The notes beneath the pieces were generated by a model that was not told the DNA's origin, ran no database searches, and worked only from the letters and a program-made list of their open reading frames with translations. DNA of 64,000 nt, taken from the NCBI GenBank assembly GCA_963555985.3, contig OY820591.1, positions 960,001-1,024,000 of the forward strand, in the 5' to 3' direction. Within the stretch, counting starts at the first letter, position 1; each line of letters opens with the position of its first letter. The position numbers were made by a program, and so were the translations under genes. Shown one piece after another: positions 30,865 through 40,578 of this stretch. This DNA comes from Dehalococcoidia bacterium. GTDB lineage: Bacteria > Chloroflexota > Dehalococcoidia > Bin125.

Positions 30865-31527
30865 ATGCATTGGGTTGACCGCGGTGCAGAGCCTGACGAG
30901 CTGAGTGAGTTGCATGAGAGGTACGCTCAGGGATGGATCAACTACTATGATCTAAGAGATGGAAAGATGCCGACAGATGCACATTGGCGCAAATTCGCCG
31001 ATGAGCTTAGGGCCAGCTTTGCTGATCTATGCGCATACTGCGAGGGAATCGCAAAGGGAGAAGTTGATCACTTCAGGCCAAAGAGCAAGTTTCCACAATT
31101 GGTCTATTCGTGGTCCAATTGGTTGTTTGCTTGTCATGACTGTAACCATGCCAAGGGCAGCCGCTGGCCTGATTTGGGCTATGTCGACCCATGTACAGCC
31201 ACTACGGATGAACGGCCGGAACGATACTTTGATTTTGACTTGGAAACAGGTATGATATTGGCTGGGTCAACAGTGAACGAGGAAGGGCGGCAAAGAGCGA
31301 AAACGATGATTAGAGACCTTAAGCTGAATGCCCGCCATCACCTACAGAGAAGGCTGCGGAGGAGGGAGCTGGTTGTCGCGTTGTTGGAGAGCGACTCTAG
31401 TGCTGAAAATGGTATCGAACAGTTTTCGAGTCAGGAATTTGTGTCGCGAAGTCAAGAGTATTCTAGTTTTCTGCGTGTGGCTTTGGCGGCGCGAGGACTG
31501 TGGACAGACAGTGGTGATGGAGAGTGA
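30865..31527 (+). CDS. HNH endonuclease (PtuB-like partner)
   Basis: CAYCE...EVDHFRPKSKFP..YSWSNW.FACHDCN..KG. Confidence 0.88.
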   Translation: MHWVDRGAEPDELSELHERYAQGWINYYDLRDGKMPTDAHWRKFADELRASFADLCAYCEGIAKGEVDHFRPKSKFPQLVYSWSNWLFACHDCNHAKGSRWPDLGYVDPCTATTDERPERYFDFDLETGMILAGSTVNEEGRQRAKTMIRDLKLNARHHLQRRLRRRELVVALLESDSSAENGIEQFSSQEFVSRSQEYSSFLRVALAARGLWTDSGDGE

Positions 31528-31566
31528 GTGCAGATGTCAGTCGGTTGCATGAGTTTATGGAAGTGC

Positions 31567-34371
31567 TCATAACCGCCGATTCGACACCACCGGCTCCGAC
31601 GCCAACAATGTCCGCAACACCGCCAAATCCGGCAACCCCAGAATCTCCGACAACCCGTCATCAAGCGTTTTACGTGTGGGGCACTCCTGCATAGCTGGCA
31701 GACGCTCGAACTCCGAGTCGCTCAGGTCGTCGAATAGGTCCGAGAGAGCCGATAGCTGTTCCGACGTCAATGACCGGACATCCAACACGGGCAATCGCGC
31801 CAAGTCCGTCTTCTTCATCGCCGACCACCCTGCCCTGGTGGTCGTGCGCCTAGCCAACAGCGTGAGTAAACCGAGGCTGCTGTTCAGCCAAACCGCGAGA
31901 GCATTGCACCAGGCATCGTCGTCGGGCTTGACAGGCCAGAAGACGTTCGACAACACGTTCACGTCTGCGCACATGGCGACGATCCGTGTTGTGTTCAGCC
32001 ATAGCCGTTCAGAGATCAAGAGTCGGCCCGCTTTCGGCCAGAGGGTATGGAGAGGTTTGAGACGGCGGCCTGAGCGAGGTTCGACCAGAGGCGCGAGGTA
32101 CTTGTCTGGCTCAGTGGTCAACGCACGCCGCACGTCAGAGTCGTGGTTCTCCACCATCGGATAGGCCGTCACCGCATCAGTGCGCTCGAATCCGTCCCAG
32201 AGGTCGCGTCGGTCGGGTCCGATCTTGCCGAGTTCCCCGAGTGGACACAGCGGCAGCTCTACCGCTTGCGTCGCACCAGGTACCCACACTTCACCGTCGT
32301 TGAGCAGACGTAACGCGCTGCGAGTCACGTCAGCGCGGGCGAACTGCACGCCCGACCACTTGTTGCCGTTCAGCTTGTCCTCGGACATCGACAGCAGTTC
32401 GCCCACGTGCTGACCATCCACCGTGAGCAAGGCCGTACCCGAATTCTCAAACTTGGCCGGCGTCGTCGCCGCAACCGCATCGGCGACCCTGCCCGCCTCG
32501 AAGATGCTTGGACTGTTGCGCCACAAGTTGACGAACGTCGTGCGATGATCGACGCTGCCGTTGGCCTGATCCCGCCGCGTCGCAATCAAGAGCGCCTCCG
32601 ACAAGTCCGTGCTGTCCGAGAAGTTCCAGCGTGTCGGATCGTGCGAGACGATCACCGTATCCAGCGTGAAGTCGCGCTCGATCAGCGCTCTCGTCGGCGC
32701 CCACGAGGGGCCGGTGCAGACGGTCGCGGGCAGCACCAGCGCCAGCCGTCCCTCGCCCGGGCGCAGCTTGGGCGCCGCCGCGGCGACAAAGGCCGCGCCC
32801 AGCCCGGCCGTGGCGGTCGCATGGCGCTTGCGCAGCCGCGCCGCCAGTTCGTCCTGGAGCTTGCGCCGCTCCCCTTTGGGCAGGCTCCCGAACAGCAGAT
32901 TGCCGCCCACCGAGCGCGTGAAGGGCGGATTCATGATCGCCAAATCCAGCTCGGGCAGCGTCGCCATCACGCCCGCCTCCACCCCCTGCGCGCCCTCGCC
33001 CGAAACCCGCTCCGCGCTCTGCGTCGCCACCTCCGGCGAGAGCGCAAACTGCACCGCCACCTGATCCTCGCCCAGAAAATCCAACGACCCCAGCGCCGCC
33101 TTGCCCCCGTCCGCGCCGTAGGGCATCACGTACAGGTTCATCCGGTCGAACTGAATCTGCGGATTGAGCATCGCCAGACTGGTCGCCGCAAAATGAACAG
33201 CCGAGAGTTGCACGTCGTAGCCGTGCAGCGCCTGCTCCACCATCGCCTTGTGCAGCGCCGCCGACTGCGTCCCGCCCGCCGCCTCGTGCCGACGCTCCAC
33301 CTCCGACGCCACCGCCATCAGCAGCGTCCCCGTCCCGCAGGCCAGATCCGCCACATTCAGCGAAGCCGGAAACTCATGGTCGCGCCAGTCCACCCCCGCC
33401 GGCCAATCCTCAAACACCAGCCGCGCCAGCAGCGTCGCCGCCGGTACCGAGGTGTAATACGCCCCCGTAAACTTGGCGTCGCTCAGCAACGTATGAAACA
33501 GCCGCCCCGAAAGGTCGTGGCCTTCGACCTTATTGGTCTCATGCACCGCTTTGATCAGCGGCTCCAGCACCAGACGCGGGCGTGGCTTTGGCGCGTACCA
33601 CAGAATTCTCACCAGATCGGCGGCCAGCTCGAACACCGGCACATAGTCGATTTCGTCGCAAATCTTGCGCCAAGCCGCCTCCAGCTTGCGAACATCCTCG
33701 TCCATCACCTCGTTGATCGCGGGCACGTCGTCGCGCACATCGGCGAGTCGCTCCTGAAACGCGAGCGCATTGAAGAGCACGAGACAGCCGATCCGCTGCG
33801 CGGCGGCGCGGTTCTTCTCGTCGTCGGTTTCGGCGATGGCGTCCGCCACCAGACGTGCGATCCGCGCGTGTTGACGCAGCGCTTTGGCGGCCTGTTCCAG
33901 CGCATAGCCAATCGCAACGGCCGCCGCCGCCACACGATCCGCGCCCTCGACTTCCAGCGGCAACAGCCGCAGCTGATCGGCAAACTGATCGACCGTCCCC
34001 TCCCGCACAGGCGGATCCTCATACGCCGTCCCCCGCGAGCTATGCAGAAACCACTCCAGATTGAGCGTGTGCTCCAACTCATCCAGAATGTCGTCCTCGG
34101 TCTTCAGCCACTCCGGATAGAGCACGCCCACCCGCGCGATCGCCTCCGGGAAATCCCCCACCCGCTGCGCGAGTTGCGCGTCCAAATCCGCGCGTCCGCT
34201 CTCCCACTTGCACTCGATCAACACCAACTCGCCCGTCGCCAGCTCAAAGCGCAGATCCGGCGTATCCCCCCGGCTGCGCCGCTCCGCCCGCGCGTTCACC
34301 CCCCGCGCCCGCAGCAACTGCCCCAGCAGCGGATTGACTGCTTCCTCACGCGCCGTCTCAGCATTCGCCAT
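31567..34371 (-). CDS. Type IIG-like fused restriction endonuclease / N6-adenine methyltransferase / TRD
   Basis: N-terminal PD..IECK, GAYYT, DLACGTGTLL (motif I), MNPPF (motif IV), C-terminal WLNSSLG TRD-like region. Confidence 0.85.
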   Translation of the reverse strand: MANAETAREEAVNPLLGQLLRARGVNARAERRSRGDTPDLRFELATGELVLIECKWESGRADLDAQLAQRVGDFPEAIARVGVLYPEWLKTEDDILDELEHTLNLEWFLHSSRGTAYEDPPVREGTVDQFADQLRLLPLEVEGADRVAAAAVAIGYALEQAAKALRQHARIARLVADAIAETDDEKNRAAAQRIGCLVLFNALAFQERLADVRDDVPAINEVMDEDVRKLEAAWRKICDEIDYVPVFELAADLVRILWYAPKPRPRLVLEPLIKAVHETNKVEGHDLSGRLFHTLLSDAKFTGAYYTSVPAATLLARLVFEDWPAGVDWRDHEFPASLNVADLACGTGTLLMAVASEVERRHEAAGGTQSAALHKAMVEQALHGYDVQLSAVHFAATSLAMLNPQIQFDRMNLYVMPYGADGGKAALGSLDFLGEDQVAVQFALSPEVATQSAERVSGEGAQGVEAGVMATLPELDLAIMNPPFTRSVGGNLLFGSLPKGERRKLQDELAARLRKRHATATAGLGAAFVAAAAPKLRPGEGRLALVLPATVCTGPSWAPTRALIERDFTLDTVIVSHDPTRWNFSDSTDLSEALLIATRRDQANGSVDHRTTFVNLWRNSPSIFEAGRVADAVAATTPAKFENSGTALLTVDGQHVGELLSMSEDKLNGNKWSGVQFARADVTRSALRLLNDGEVWVPGATQAVELPLCPLGELGKIGPDRRDLWDGFERTDAVTAYPMVENHDSDVRRALTTEPDKYLAPLVEPRSGRRLKPLHTLWPKAGRLLISERLWLNTTRIVAMCADVNVLSNVFWPVKPDDDAWCNALAVWLNSSLGLLTLLARRTTTRAGWSAMKKTDLARLPVLDVRSLTSEQLSALSDLFDDLSDSEFERLPAMQECPTRKTLDDGLSEILGLPDLAVLRTLLASEPVVSNRRL

Positions 34372-34392
34372 ACCCGGATTGTCGCACAAGCC

Positions 34393-34401
34393 TGATACGC
34401 T
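34393..34401 (+). promoter_or_regulatory. extended -10 promoter for tRNA-Ala
   Basis: TGATACGCT 9 nt before tRNA; the same 9-mer precedes hisH. Confidence 0.45.
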
Positions 34402-34410
34402 CGAACCCCC

Positions 34411-34486
34411 GGGGCCGTAGCTCAGCCGGGAGAGCGCCGCCCTTGCACGGCGGAGGTCAGGGGTTCAAATCCCCTCGGCTCCACCA
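34411..34486 (+). tRNA. tRNA-Ala(TGC)
   Basis: GGGGCCGTAGCTCAG...CCGCC-CT-TGC-AC-GGCGG...CTCCACCA; G3:U70. Confidence 0.96.
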
Positions 34487-34507
34487 ACCTGTGCTACCCT
34501 GTGCCTC

Positions 34508-34628
34508 GAGCTGGTGATCAGAGCGCGGCGGCCCCACCCGTTCCCATCCCGAACACGGAAGTGAAACGCCGCAGCGCCGACGATACTGGGGGGGCGACCC
34601 CCTGCGGAAAATAGGCCATTGCCAGCTC
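34508..34628 (+). rRNA. rrf: 5S rRNA
   Basis: CACCCGTTCCCATCCCGAACACGGAAGTGAAA..GCCGACGATACT; terminal stem GAGCTGGT/GCCAGCTC. Confidence 0.95.
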
Positions 34629-34644
34629 ACTCCGACCACGCCAC

Positions 34645-34674
34645 GCCGCCCGCTCTGACGGGCGGTTCGTCGTT
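34645..34674 (+). terminator. putative intrinsic terminator after 5S
   Basis: GCCGCCCG-ctctga-CGGGCGGT-tcgtcgtt. Confidence 0.5.
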
Positions 34675-34784
34675 AAGGCCGATTGCTGCGGCGCATTTCC
34701 CCCGGAAGCAGACCGCGCCTGTGCTAATCTCGCCATAACCCCTGAAAGGAGCCGGGCGCGTTCTTCGCCGCCCACCACCTGCCG

Positions 34785-36248
34785 TTGACCACTTCTAGCA
34801 CCAACACCGAACCCCTGACCGTCGCCGAACCCGCTGCGGCGGTCGCCACCGCCGAGCCCGCAGACCCGTCATCCGAACCGATGACGATGGACGAACTCCT
34901 GGCCGAACCCGGCCGCGAACCGCTCAACCCGCGCCGCGGCGACATCGTCGAAGGCATCGTCGTCCACTGGAGCGGCAACGACCTGATCGTCGATGTCGGC
35001 GCCAAATCCGAGGGCGTCGTCCACTACGACGAAATGCGCTCGCTCGCCGAACCCGACCGCGACCTCCTCCGCACCGGCGCGCCCGTCCACGTCTACGTCA
35101 CCGACTCCGAGTCCGAAGGCGGCTCGCTCGAGCTCTCCATCGACCGCGCCCGCGGCGAGCAGGGCTGGCACGAATTGCAGCGCCGCTTCGACGAGAACGA
35201 AGTCTTCGACGCCCGCGTGACCGGCTCCAACAAGGGCGGCCTCTTGGTCAACGTCGAGGGCGTCAACGCCTTCGTCCCGCTCAGCCAGATCGTCGAGATC
35301 ACCGGCGACCGCGAGACCGCGATCGCCCAGCTGGGCGAATACGAGGGCCGCAGCCTCCGCTTCAAGGTGATCGAGATCAATCGCCGCCGCAACCGCGTCA
35401 TCCTCTCCGAGCGCGCCGCCGTCCAGGAATGGCGCGCGGAACAGAAGGATCGCCTGCTCGAAGAGCTGCACGAAGGCGAGATCCGCCAAGGCCGGATCAC
35501 CAGCATTCGCCAGTTCGGCGTCTTCGTCGATTTGGGCGGAGCCGACGGCCTCGCCCATCTCTCCGAACTCTCCTGGGAGCGAGACGTCGATCCCGAGACG
35601 ATGTTCAGCATCGGCCAGACGGTCAACGTCTACATCACCAAGATCGACAAAGAGGCGAAGAAGATCGGCCTCTCTATCCGCCGCGCCTCGCCCGAGCAAT
35701 GGGACGAAGTCGTGGCCAAATTCGAGGTCGGCGAGATCGTCCCCAGCGTCGTCACCAAACTGGTCACCTTCGGCGCCTTCGCGCGGCTCGAGGGCCCGGT
35801 TGAGGGCTTGGTCCACGTCTCCGAACTGGCCGATCGCCGGATCACCCATCCGCGCGAGGTGGTCTTGGAGAACGACATCATCCCCGTCAAGATCGTGCGG
35901 ATCGAGCGCGACCGTCACCGCCTCGGTCTGAGCCTGCGCCAGGCTCGCACCGACGCCGAGCGCGCTGGTTGGATCTTCAACCACGAGGGCGGCATCATCC
36001 GAATGCCCGACGAGGTCGCCGAGCGCTTCGGGATCGCTCAGGAAGCCGCGCCCCCGCCCCCGCCCGCGCCGGAACCGTCCACCGACGAAGCCGAGGCCGC
36101 GCCTGAGCCCGGCGATCGCCGCCGTCCGCGTCCCGATCAGGACGCACAGCGCGAGCCCGAGCAGGTGCGCCCGCTCTCCGCGATGGAGCAGGCGCTCCAA
36201 CGCGCAGGCGTCACCGAGCAGGACTTCGAGCGCCGCGACAACCAGTAA
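34785..36248 (+). CDS. rpsA: 30S ribosomal protein S1 (four S1 domains, acidic tail)
   Basis: VDVGAKSEG, NKGGLLV, FGVFVDLGGADGLAHLSELSW, FGAFA..EGLVHVSEL. Confidence 0.93.
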   Translation: MTTSSTNTEPLTVAEPAAAVATAEPADPSSEPMTMDELLAEPGREPLNPRRGDIVEGIVVHWSGNDLIVDVGAKSEGVVHYDEMRSLAEPDRDLLRTGAPVHVYVTDSESEGGSLELSIDRARGEQGWHELQRRFDENEVFDARVTGSNKGGLLVNVEGVNAFVPLSQIVEITGDRETAIAQLGEYEGRSLRFKVIEINRRRNRVILSERAAVQEWRAEQKDRLLEELHEGEIRQGRITSIRQFGVFVDLGGADGLAHLSELSWERDVDPETMFSIGQTVNVYITKIDKEAKKIGLSIRRASPEQWDEVVAKFEVGEIVPSVVTKLVTFGAFARLEGPVEGLVHVSELADRRITHPREVVLENDIIPVKIVRIERDRHRLGLSLRQARTDAERAGWIFNHEGGIIRMPDEVAERFGIAQEAAPPPPPAPEPSTDEAEAAPEPGDRRRPRPDQDAQREPEQVRPLSAMEQALQRAGVTEQDFERRDNQ

Positions 36249-36469
36249 CACGCAACGTCATTCGCATGACGGAGCCAAGCCCAGTGCTGTCCAATACTGG
36301 CGTGGACGTCCCCGATCTGTCGTCAGAATGTGACCCGATCGCTGTGCGCCCACGCAGCGTCGCTGGTAGGCTTGAGACACCGCCACGCGCAGATCGCACG
36401 ACCCTGCGCCCGCCCGTTGGACCGTAGCGCCGCCGCAATCTTGCGCAGCATCTTGCAGGGAGCACCGAC

Positions 36470-39049
36470 ATGGCCGACCGCTTTGACAAGTTCACCGAGC
36501 GCGCGCGCCGTGTGCTCACCCTGGCTCAGGAAGAAGCCCAGCGCTTCAACCACAACTACATCGGCACCGAGCATCTCTTGCTCGGCCTCGTCCGCGAGGG
36601 CGACGGCGTCGCCGCCAAGGTGCTCTCGAATCTGGGCGTCGAGCTAGGCAAAGTCCGCTCGGCGGTCGAATTCATCATCGGCCGCGGCGACCGCGCCGTG
36701 CTCGGCGAGATTGGCCTCACCCCCCGCGCCAAGAAGGTGATCGAGCTCGCGGTCGACGAAGCGCGCCGCCTCAACCACCACTACATCGGCACCGAGCACT
36801 TGCTGCTTGGCCTCGTCCGCGAGGGCGAGGGCATCGCCGCCGGCGTGCTGGAGAGTCTCGGCGTCAACCTCGAGCGCGTGCGCGCCGAGACCACCCGCAT
36901 CCTCTCCCAGAGCGGCCCCGCGACTGCCGGTGCCGGCGCTGGCTCCGGCTCGCGCCAGTCCACCCGCACGCCCACGATCGACCAACTCGGTTTCGACCTC
37001 ACCGCTGCCGCGCGAGCGGGCACGCTCGATCCGGTCATCGGCCGCACCAAAGAAATCCAGCGGGTCGTCCAGATTCTCTCCCGTCGAACCAAGAACAACC
37101 CGGTCCTGATCGGTGAGCCGGGCGTCGGCAAGACCGCCGTCGTCGAAGGTCTGGCCCAACACATCGCCTCCGGCGACGTGCCCGAGACCCTCCAGGGCAA
37201 GCGCCTGCTCACCCTCGACATCGGCTCCCTCGTCGCGGGCACCAAGTACCGCGGCGAGTTCGAGGAGCGCCTCAAGAAGGTCGTCGAAGAGATCAAGGGT
37301 GCCGGCAACTGCGTGCTCTTCATCGACGAACTGCACATGCTCGTCGGCGCAGGCGCAGCCGAGGGCGCGGTCGACGCCGCCAACATCCTCAAGCCCTCGC
37401 TGGCCCGAGGCGAACTCCAGACCATCGGCGCGACCACGCTTGACGACTACCGCAAGCACATCGAGCGCGATGCCGCCCTCGAGCGCCGCTTCCAGCCCAT
37501 TGTCGTGGACGAGCCGACAGTCGAAGAGACAATCGAAATCCTGCGCGGCATCAAAGACCGCTACGAGGAGCACCACAAGCTCGAAATCACGGACGAAGCC
37601 CTCGTCGCCGCAGCGGAAATGTCCTCCCGCTACATCAGCGACCGCGCCCTGCCGGACAAGGCCATCGACCTGATCGACGAGTCCGCCTCGCGCGTCCGCA
37701 TTCGCCGTTCCTACACCCCGCCCAGTCTCAAGGAAGCCACTGTTGGCCTCGAAGGCATCCGCAAGGAGAAGGAACAGGCGATCAACCAGCAGCAGTACGA
37801 GTACGCCGCCGACCTCCGCGACCGCGAGCTCAAGCTGCAAGAGCGCATCGCCGAACTCGAAGCCGACCTCGATCAGGAACGCGACCGCGACTCCACCGAC
37901 GTGCTCGCCGAGGACATCGCCGAGGTTGTCTCGATGTGGACGGGCATCCCCCTCGTCCAGATCGCGACCGAGGAGTCCGAGCGGCTGCTCCACATGGAGG
38001 AAGACCTGCACGAGCGCATCGTCGGCCAGGAAGAGCCGATCGTCGCCCTGGCCAAGGCCGTTCGCCGCGCCCGCGCCGGTCTCAAAGATCCCCGCCGCCC
38101 GATCGGCGTCTTCATGTTCCTCGGCCCGACCGGCGTCGGCAAGACCGAACTCGCCCGCGCCCTCGCCGACTTCATGTTCGGCTCCGATGACAACATGATC
38201 CGCCTCGACATGTCCGAGTTCATGGAGCGCCACACCGTCGCCCGCCTGGTCGGTGCGCCTCCCGGCTACGTCGGCTACGACGACGGCGGCCAGCTCACCG
38301 ACACCGTCCGCCGTAAGTCCTACTGCCTGATCCTGCTCGACGAGATCGAGAAGGCACACCCCGAAGTCTTCAACATGCTCCTCCAGGTCTTCGACGACGG
38401 TCACCTGACTGACGCCAAGGGCCGCCGCGTGGACTTCCGCAACACGATCATCATCATGACCTCCAACGTCGGCTCCGACCTGATCCGCCGCGAGACCGCC
38501 ATCGGCTTCTCCACGATCAGCGACGAAGACCAGACCGAGCGCCAGCGCTACGAGCGCATGAAGGACAAGGTGCTTCAGGAGATGAAGCGCGTCTTCCGGC
38601 CCGAGTTCCTCAACCGTGTCGACACCACCCTCGTCTTCCACCCGCTGAGCAAGGCTCACATCCGCATGATCGTGGACATGATGCTCAAGGAAGTCGATTC
38701 CCGCATCCGCGAGAAGGGAGTCGAACTCGACGTCACCGAGACCGCGCGGGATTGGCTCGGCGAAAAGGGCTACGACCCCGTCTTCGGCGCCCGTCCCTTG
38801 CGCCGCGTGATCCAGGAGCGCCTCGAAGACTCGCTCTCCGAAGCCCTGCTGCGCGGCGACTTCAAACCCGGCGACACCATCCGCGTCGAACTCTCCAAGG
38901 AGCTCAACGAGAACGGCGTCGAGGAAGACATGCTCCACTACGAGCGCATCGAAGGCCTCACGCCCGCCGAAGAGATCGCCGCCGAGGTCGAAGCCGCAGC
39001 CGAAGGCGAGTCCGGCGAAGAAGAAGGCGAAGCCGTCGCCACTTCCTAA
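36470..39049 (+). CDS. clpC: ATP-dependent Clp protease ATP-binding subunit ClpC
   Basis: Two Clp-N repeats, [11 protein letters not shown]-like middle domain, [11 protein letters not shown] loop, RPEFLNR. Confidence 0.96.
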   Translation: MADRFDKFTERARRVLTLAQEEAQRFNHNYIGTEHLLLGLVREGDGVAAKVLSNLGVELGKVRSAVEFIIGRGDRAVLGEIGLTPRAKKVIELAVDEARRLNHHYIGTEHLLLGLVREGEGIAAGVLESLGVNLERVRAETTRILSQSGPATAGAGAGSGSRQSTRTPTIDQLGFDLTAAARAGTLDPVIGRTKEIQRVVQILSRRTKNNPVLIGEPGVGKTAVVEGLAQHIASGDVPETLQGKRLLTLDIGSLVAGTKYRGEFEERLKKVVEEIKGAGNCVLFIDELHMLVGAGAAEGAVDAANILKPSLARGELQTIGATTLDDYRKHIERDAALERRFQPIVVDEPTVEETIEILRGIKDRYEEHHKLEITDEALVAAAEMSSRYISDRALPDKAIDLIDESASRVRIRRSYTPPSLKEATVGLEGIRKEKEQAINQQQYEYAADLRDRELKLQERIAELEADLDQERDRDSTDVLAEDIAEVVSMWTGIPLVQIATEESERLLHMEEDLHERIVGQEEPIVALAKAVRRARAGLKDPRRPIGVFMFLGPTGVGKTELARALADFMFGSDDNMIRLDMSEFMERHTVARLVGAPPGYVGYDDGGQLTDTVRRKSYCLILLDEIEKAHPEVFNMLLQVFDDGHLTDAKGRRVDFRNTIIIMTSNVGSDLIRRETAIGFSTISDEDQTERQRYERMKDKVLQEMKRVFRPEFLNRVDTTLVFHPLSKAHIRMIVDMMLKEVDSRIREKGVELDVTETARDWLGEKGYDPVFGARPLRRVIQERLEDSLSEALLRGDFKPGDTIRVELSKELNENGVEEDMLHYERIEGLTPAEEIAAEVEAAAEGESGEEEGEAVATS

Positions 39050-39099
39050 CCCCCGTGCCCACTTCACGCGGGGACCTGCTCTCCTCTCCCCCCACCGCG

Positions 39100-39330
39100 G
39101 AGCCTCTCCCCGCGTAGGGAGGCCTGTGCAAAACCCCATTTCCGTCATTCCTGCGTAGCCTGCCCCTGGCTTGAACAGGGGGCAGGAATCTCGAAGCAAC
39201 CAAGTCCGAAGCTGCCTCCAAATCTGGTCGTACCACCAACCCTCACATCGCACTCCCCTCTCCCCCCCTCTGCGGGGGGAGATGTCCCCTAGAGCCTGCC
39301 CCCGCGTAGGCGGGGGGACAGAGGGGGGGT
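39100..39330. repeat. composite REP/MITE cluster with two nested hairpin inserts
   Basis: Partial copy of the 3315 element (39119-39252) followed by a double-hairpin element (39255-39330). Confidence 0.75.
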
Positions 39331-39422
39331 TCCCCCTTCCATAAACCACGACACACAACCCCGAACACCAATTCACTATAGTCATCACAGAACGTCCGTA
39401 TCACTACCCGAAAGGACATCCC

Positions 39423-40136
39423 ATGCAGATCCACCCCGCCCGACGCCGCCGCGCGCTCCACGTCCACTACCTCCAACAGTGCGGCCACTCCCTGCGCAAG
39501 ATCGCCGAGCAACTCGGCGTCTCCCACACCACCGTCCGCGACGACCTCCGACTGGTCGAATCCCACTGGAGCAGCATCGCCGCCCCGGCGGCCGACGATC
39601 TCTTGCTCGAATCCCTGCAACTGCTCCAGTTCCGACTCGTCCTCGCCACCCGCGACGACGAAGTCGCCCGTCTCTCAGACCGCCTCACCCCCGTCGAGTA
39701 CCTCCGCGCCCGCGACGCCCAGGACGCTCAACTCACCGCGCTCGCGCGCGAAGTCCGGCGCACCGTCGGCGAGGTTCACCGCCGCGCCGAGCAGCGCCCC
39801 GACCAACCCGGCCTCGACGCTGAGGAAGCCCAAGCCCCGGCCGAAGCCCCCCAACCTTCCACAGCCTTACAGCCCGAATCGACGATCTCCCAGCCGGAAC
39901 AGGAGATCGTCGAAAATCCAGCCCCGGAGGAAAAAATTCCCCCGCCCACGATCCAAGCCCCACCCAATCTCCAGGCCGAGGAAACGCCAACCCCAGCCGA
40001 ACCCCCCGAGGTTTCCACAGCCTTACAGCCGGAATCGACGATCGCCAATGCAGAGCGGGAGATCGTCGAAATTCCGGCCCCGCAGGAAAAAATTCCTTCC
40101 ACCCCCATCCAAATCCAGACCGCAGCCGCCGGCTAG
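39423..40136 (+). CDS. HTH-domain protein with 52-aa-period C-terminal tandem repeat
   Basis: GHSLRKIAEQLGVSHTTVRDDL; AEE...STALQPESTI...EIVE.PAP.EKIP twice (39819, 39975); AAAGGA SD. Confidence 0.75.
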   Translation: MQIHPARRRRALHVHYLQQCGHSLRKIAEQLGVSHTTVRDDLRLVESHWSSIAAPAADDLLLESLQLLQFRLVLATRDDEVARLSDRLTPVEYLRARDAQDAQLTALAREVRRTVGEVHRRAEQRPDQPGLDAEEAQAPAEAPQPSTALQPESTISQPEQEIVENPAPEEKIPPPTIQAPPNLQAEETPTPAEPPEVSTALQPESTIANAEREIVEIPAPQEKIPSTPIQIQTAAAG

Positions 40137-40139
40137 GTC

Positions 40140-40347
40140 CCCTCTCCCCCCCTTGCGGGGGGAGATGTCCCGTAGAGCCTGCCCCCGCGAAGGCGGGGGG
40201 ACAGAGGGGGTCCCCTCTACATCTGAGCAGACGAGATCACACGGCAACAGCAATCACCCCAGCCCCCGCTGCCTTCAGCATCTCCCTCCGTAGGCGTGAA
40301 GGGAGATGCCGCAGTCTGCCCCTAGCCTGAACAGGGGACAGAGAGGG
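40140..40347. repeat. double-hairpin REP elements with nested inserts
   Basis: 40140-40255 resembles 5938-6034; a second hairpin at about 40280-40347 carries a 23-nt insert. Confidence 0.7.
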
Positions 40348-40578
40348 CGAGAACACCGTGCCACTCTCCCACCCAACCTGACCATGACGAACAAACCCGA
40401 ACATCCCGAACAGCATCAGCACAGCCGGCACAGGAGCTCCGCGATCTGCCACGCCGTCGAGATTGTTCTCCCCCTTTCACTTCCGCAGACGCGACGAAAA
40501 CATGAATTATGCACCGGTCTCCGCTAACCTGCACCCGTCGTTTGTGAAGCCGGCCGGCGACTAGAAACAGGATCTGAG

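Noticed and set aside
29273-31527. Retron
   Set aside because: The ATPase-HNH pair resembles retron effectors, but there is no RT gene and no recognisable msr-msd inverted repeats
36249-36469. Heat-shock operator upstream of clpC
   Set aside because: No CIRCE, HAIR or CtsR consensus recognised
36644-39388. Long antisense ORFs (914 aa here; also 722-2158, 3648-5603, 7976-9841, 32407-34395, 34869-36251)
   Set aside because: Shadow frames of well-supported genes, expected in high-GC DNA
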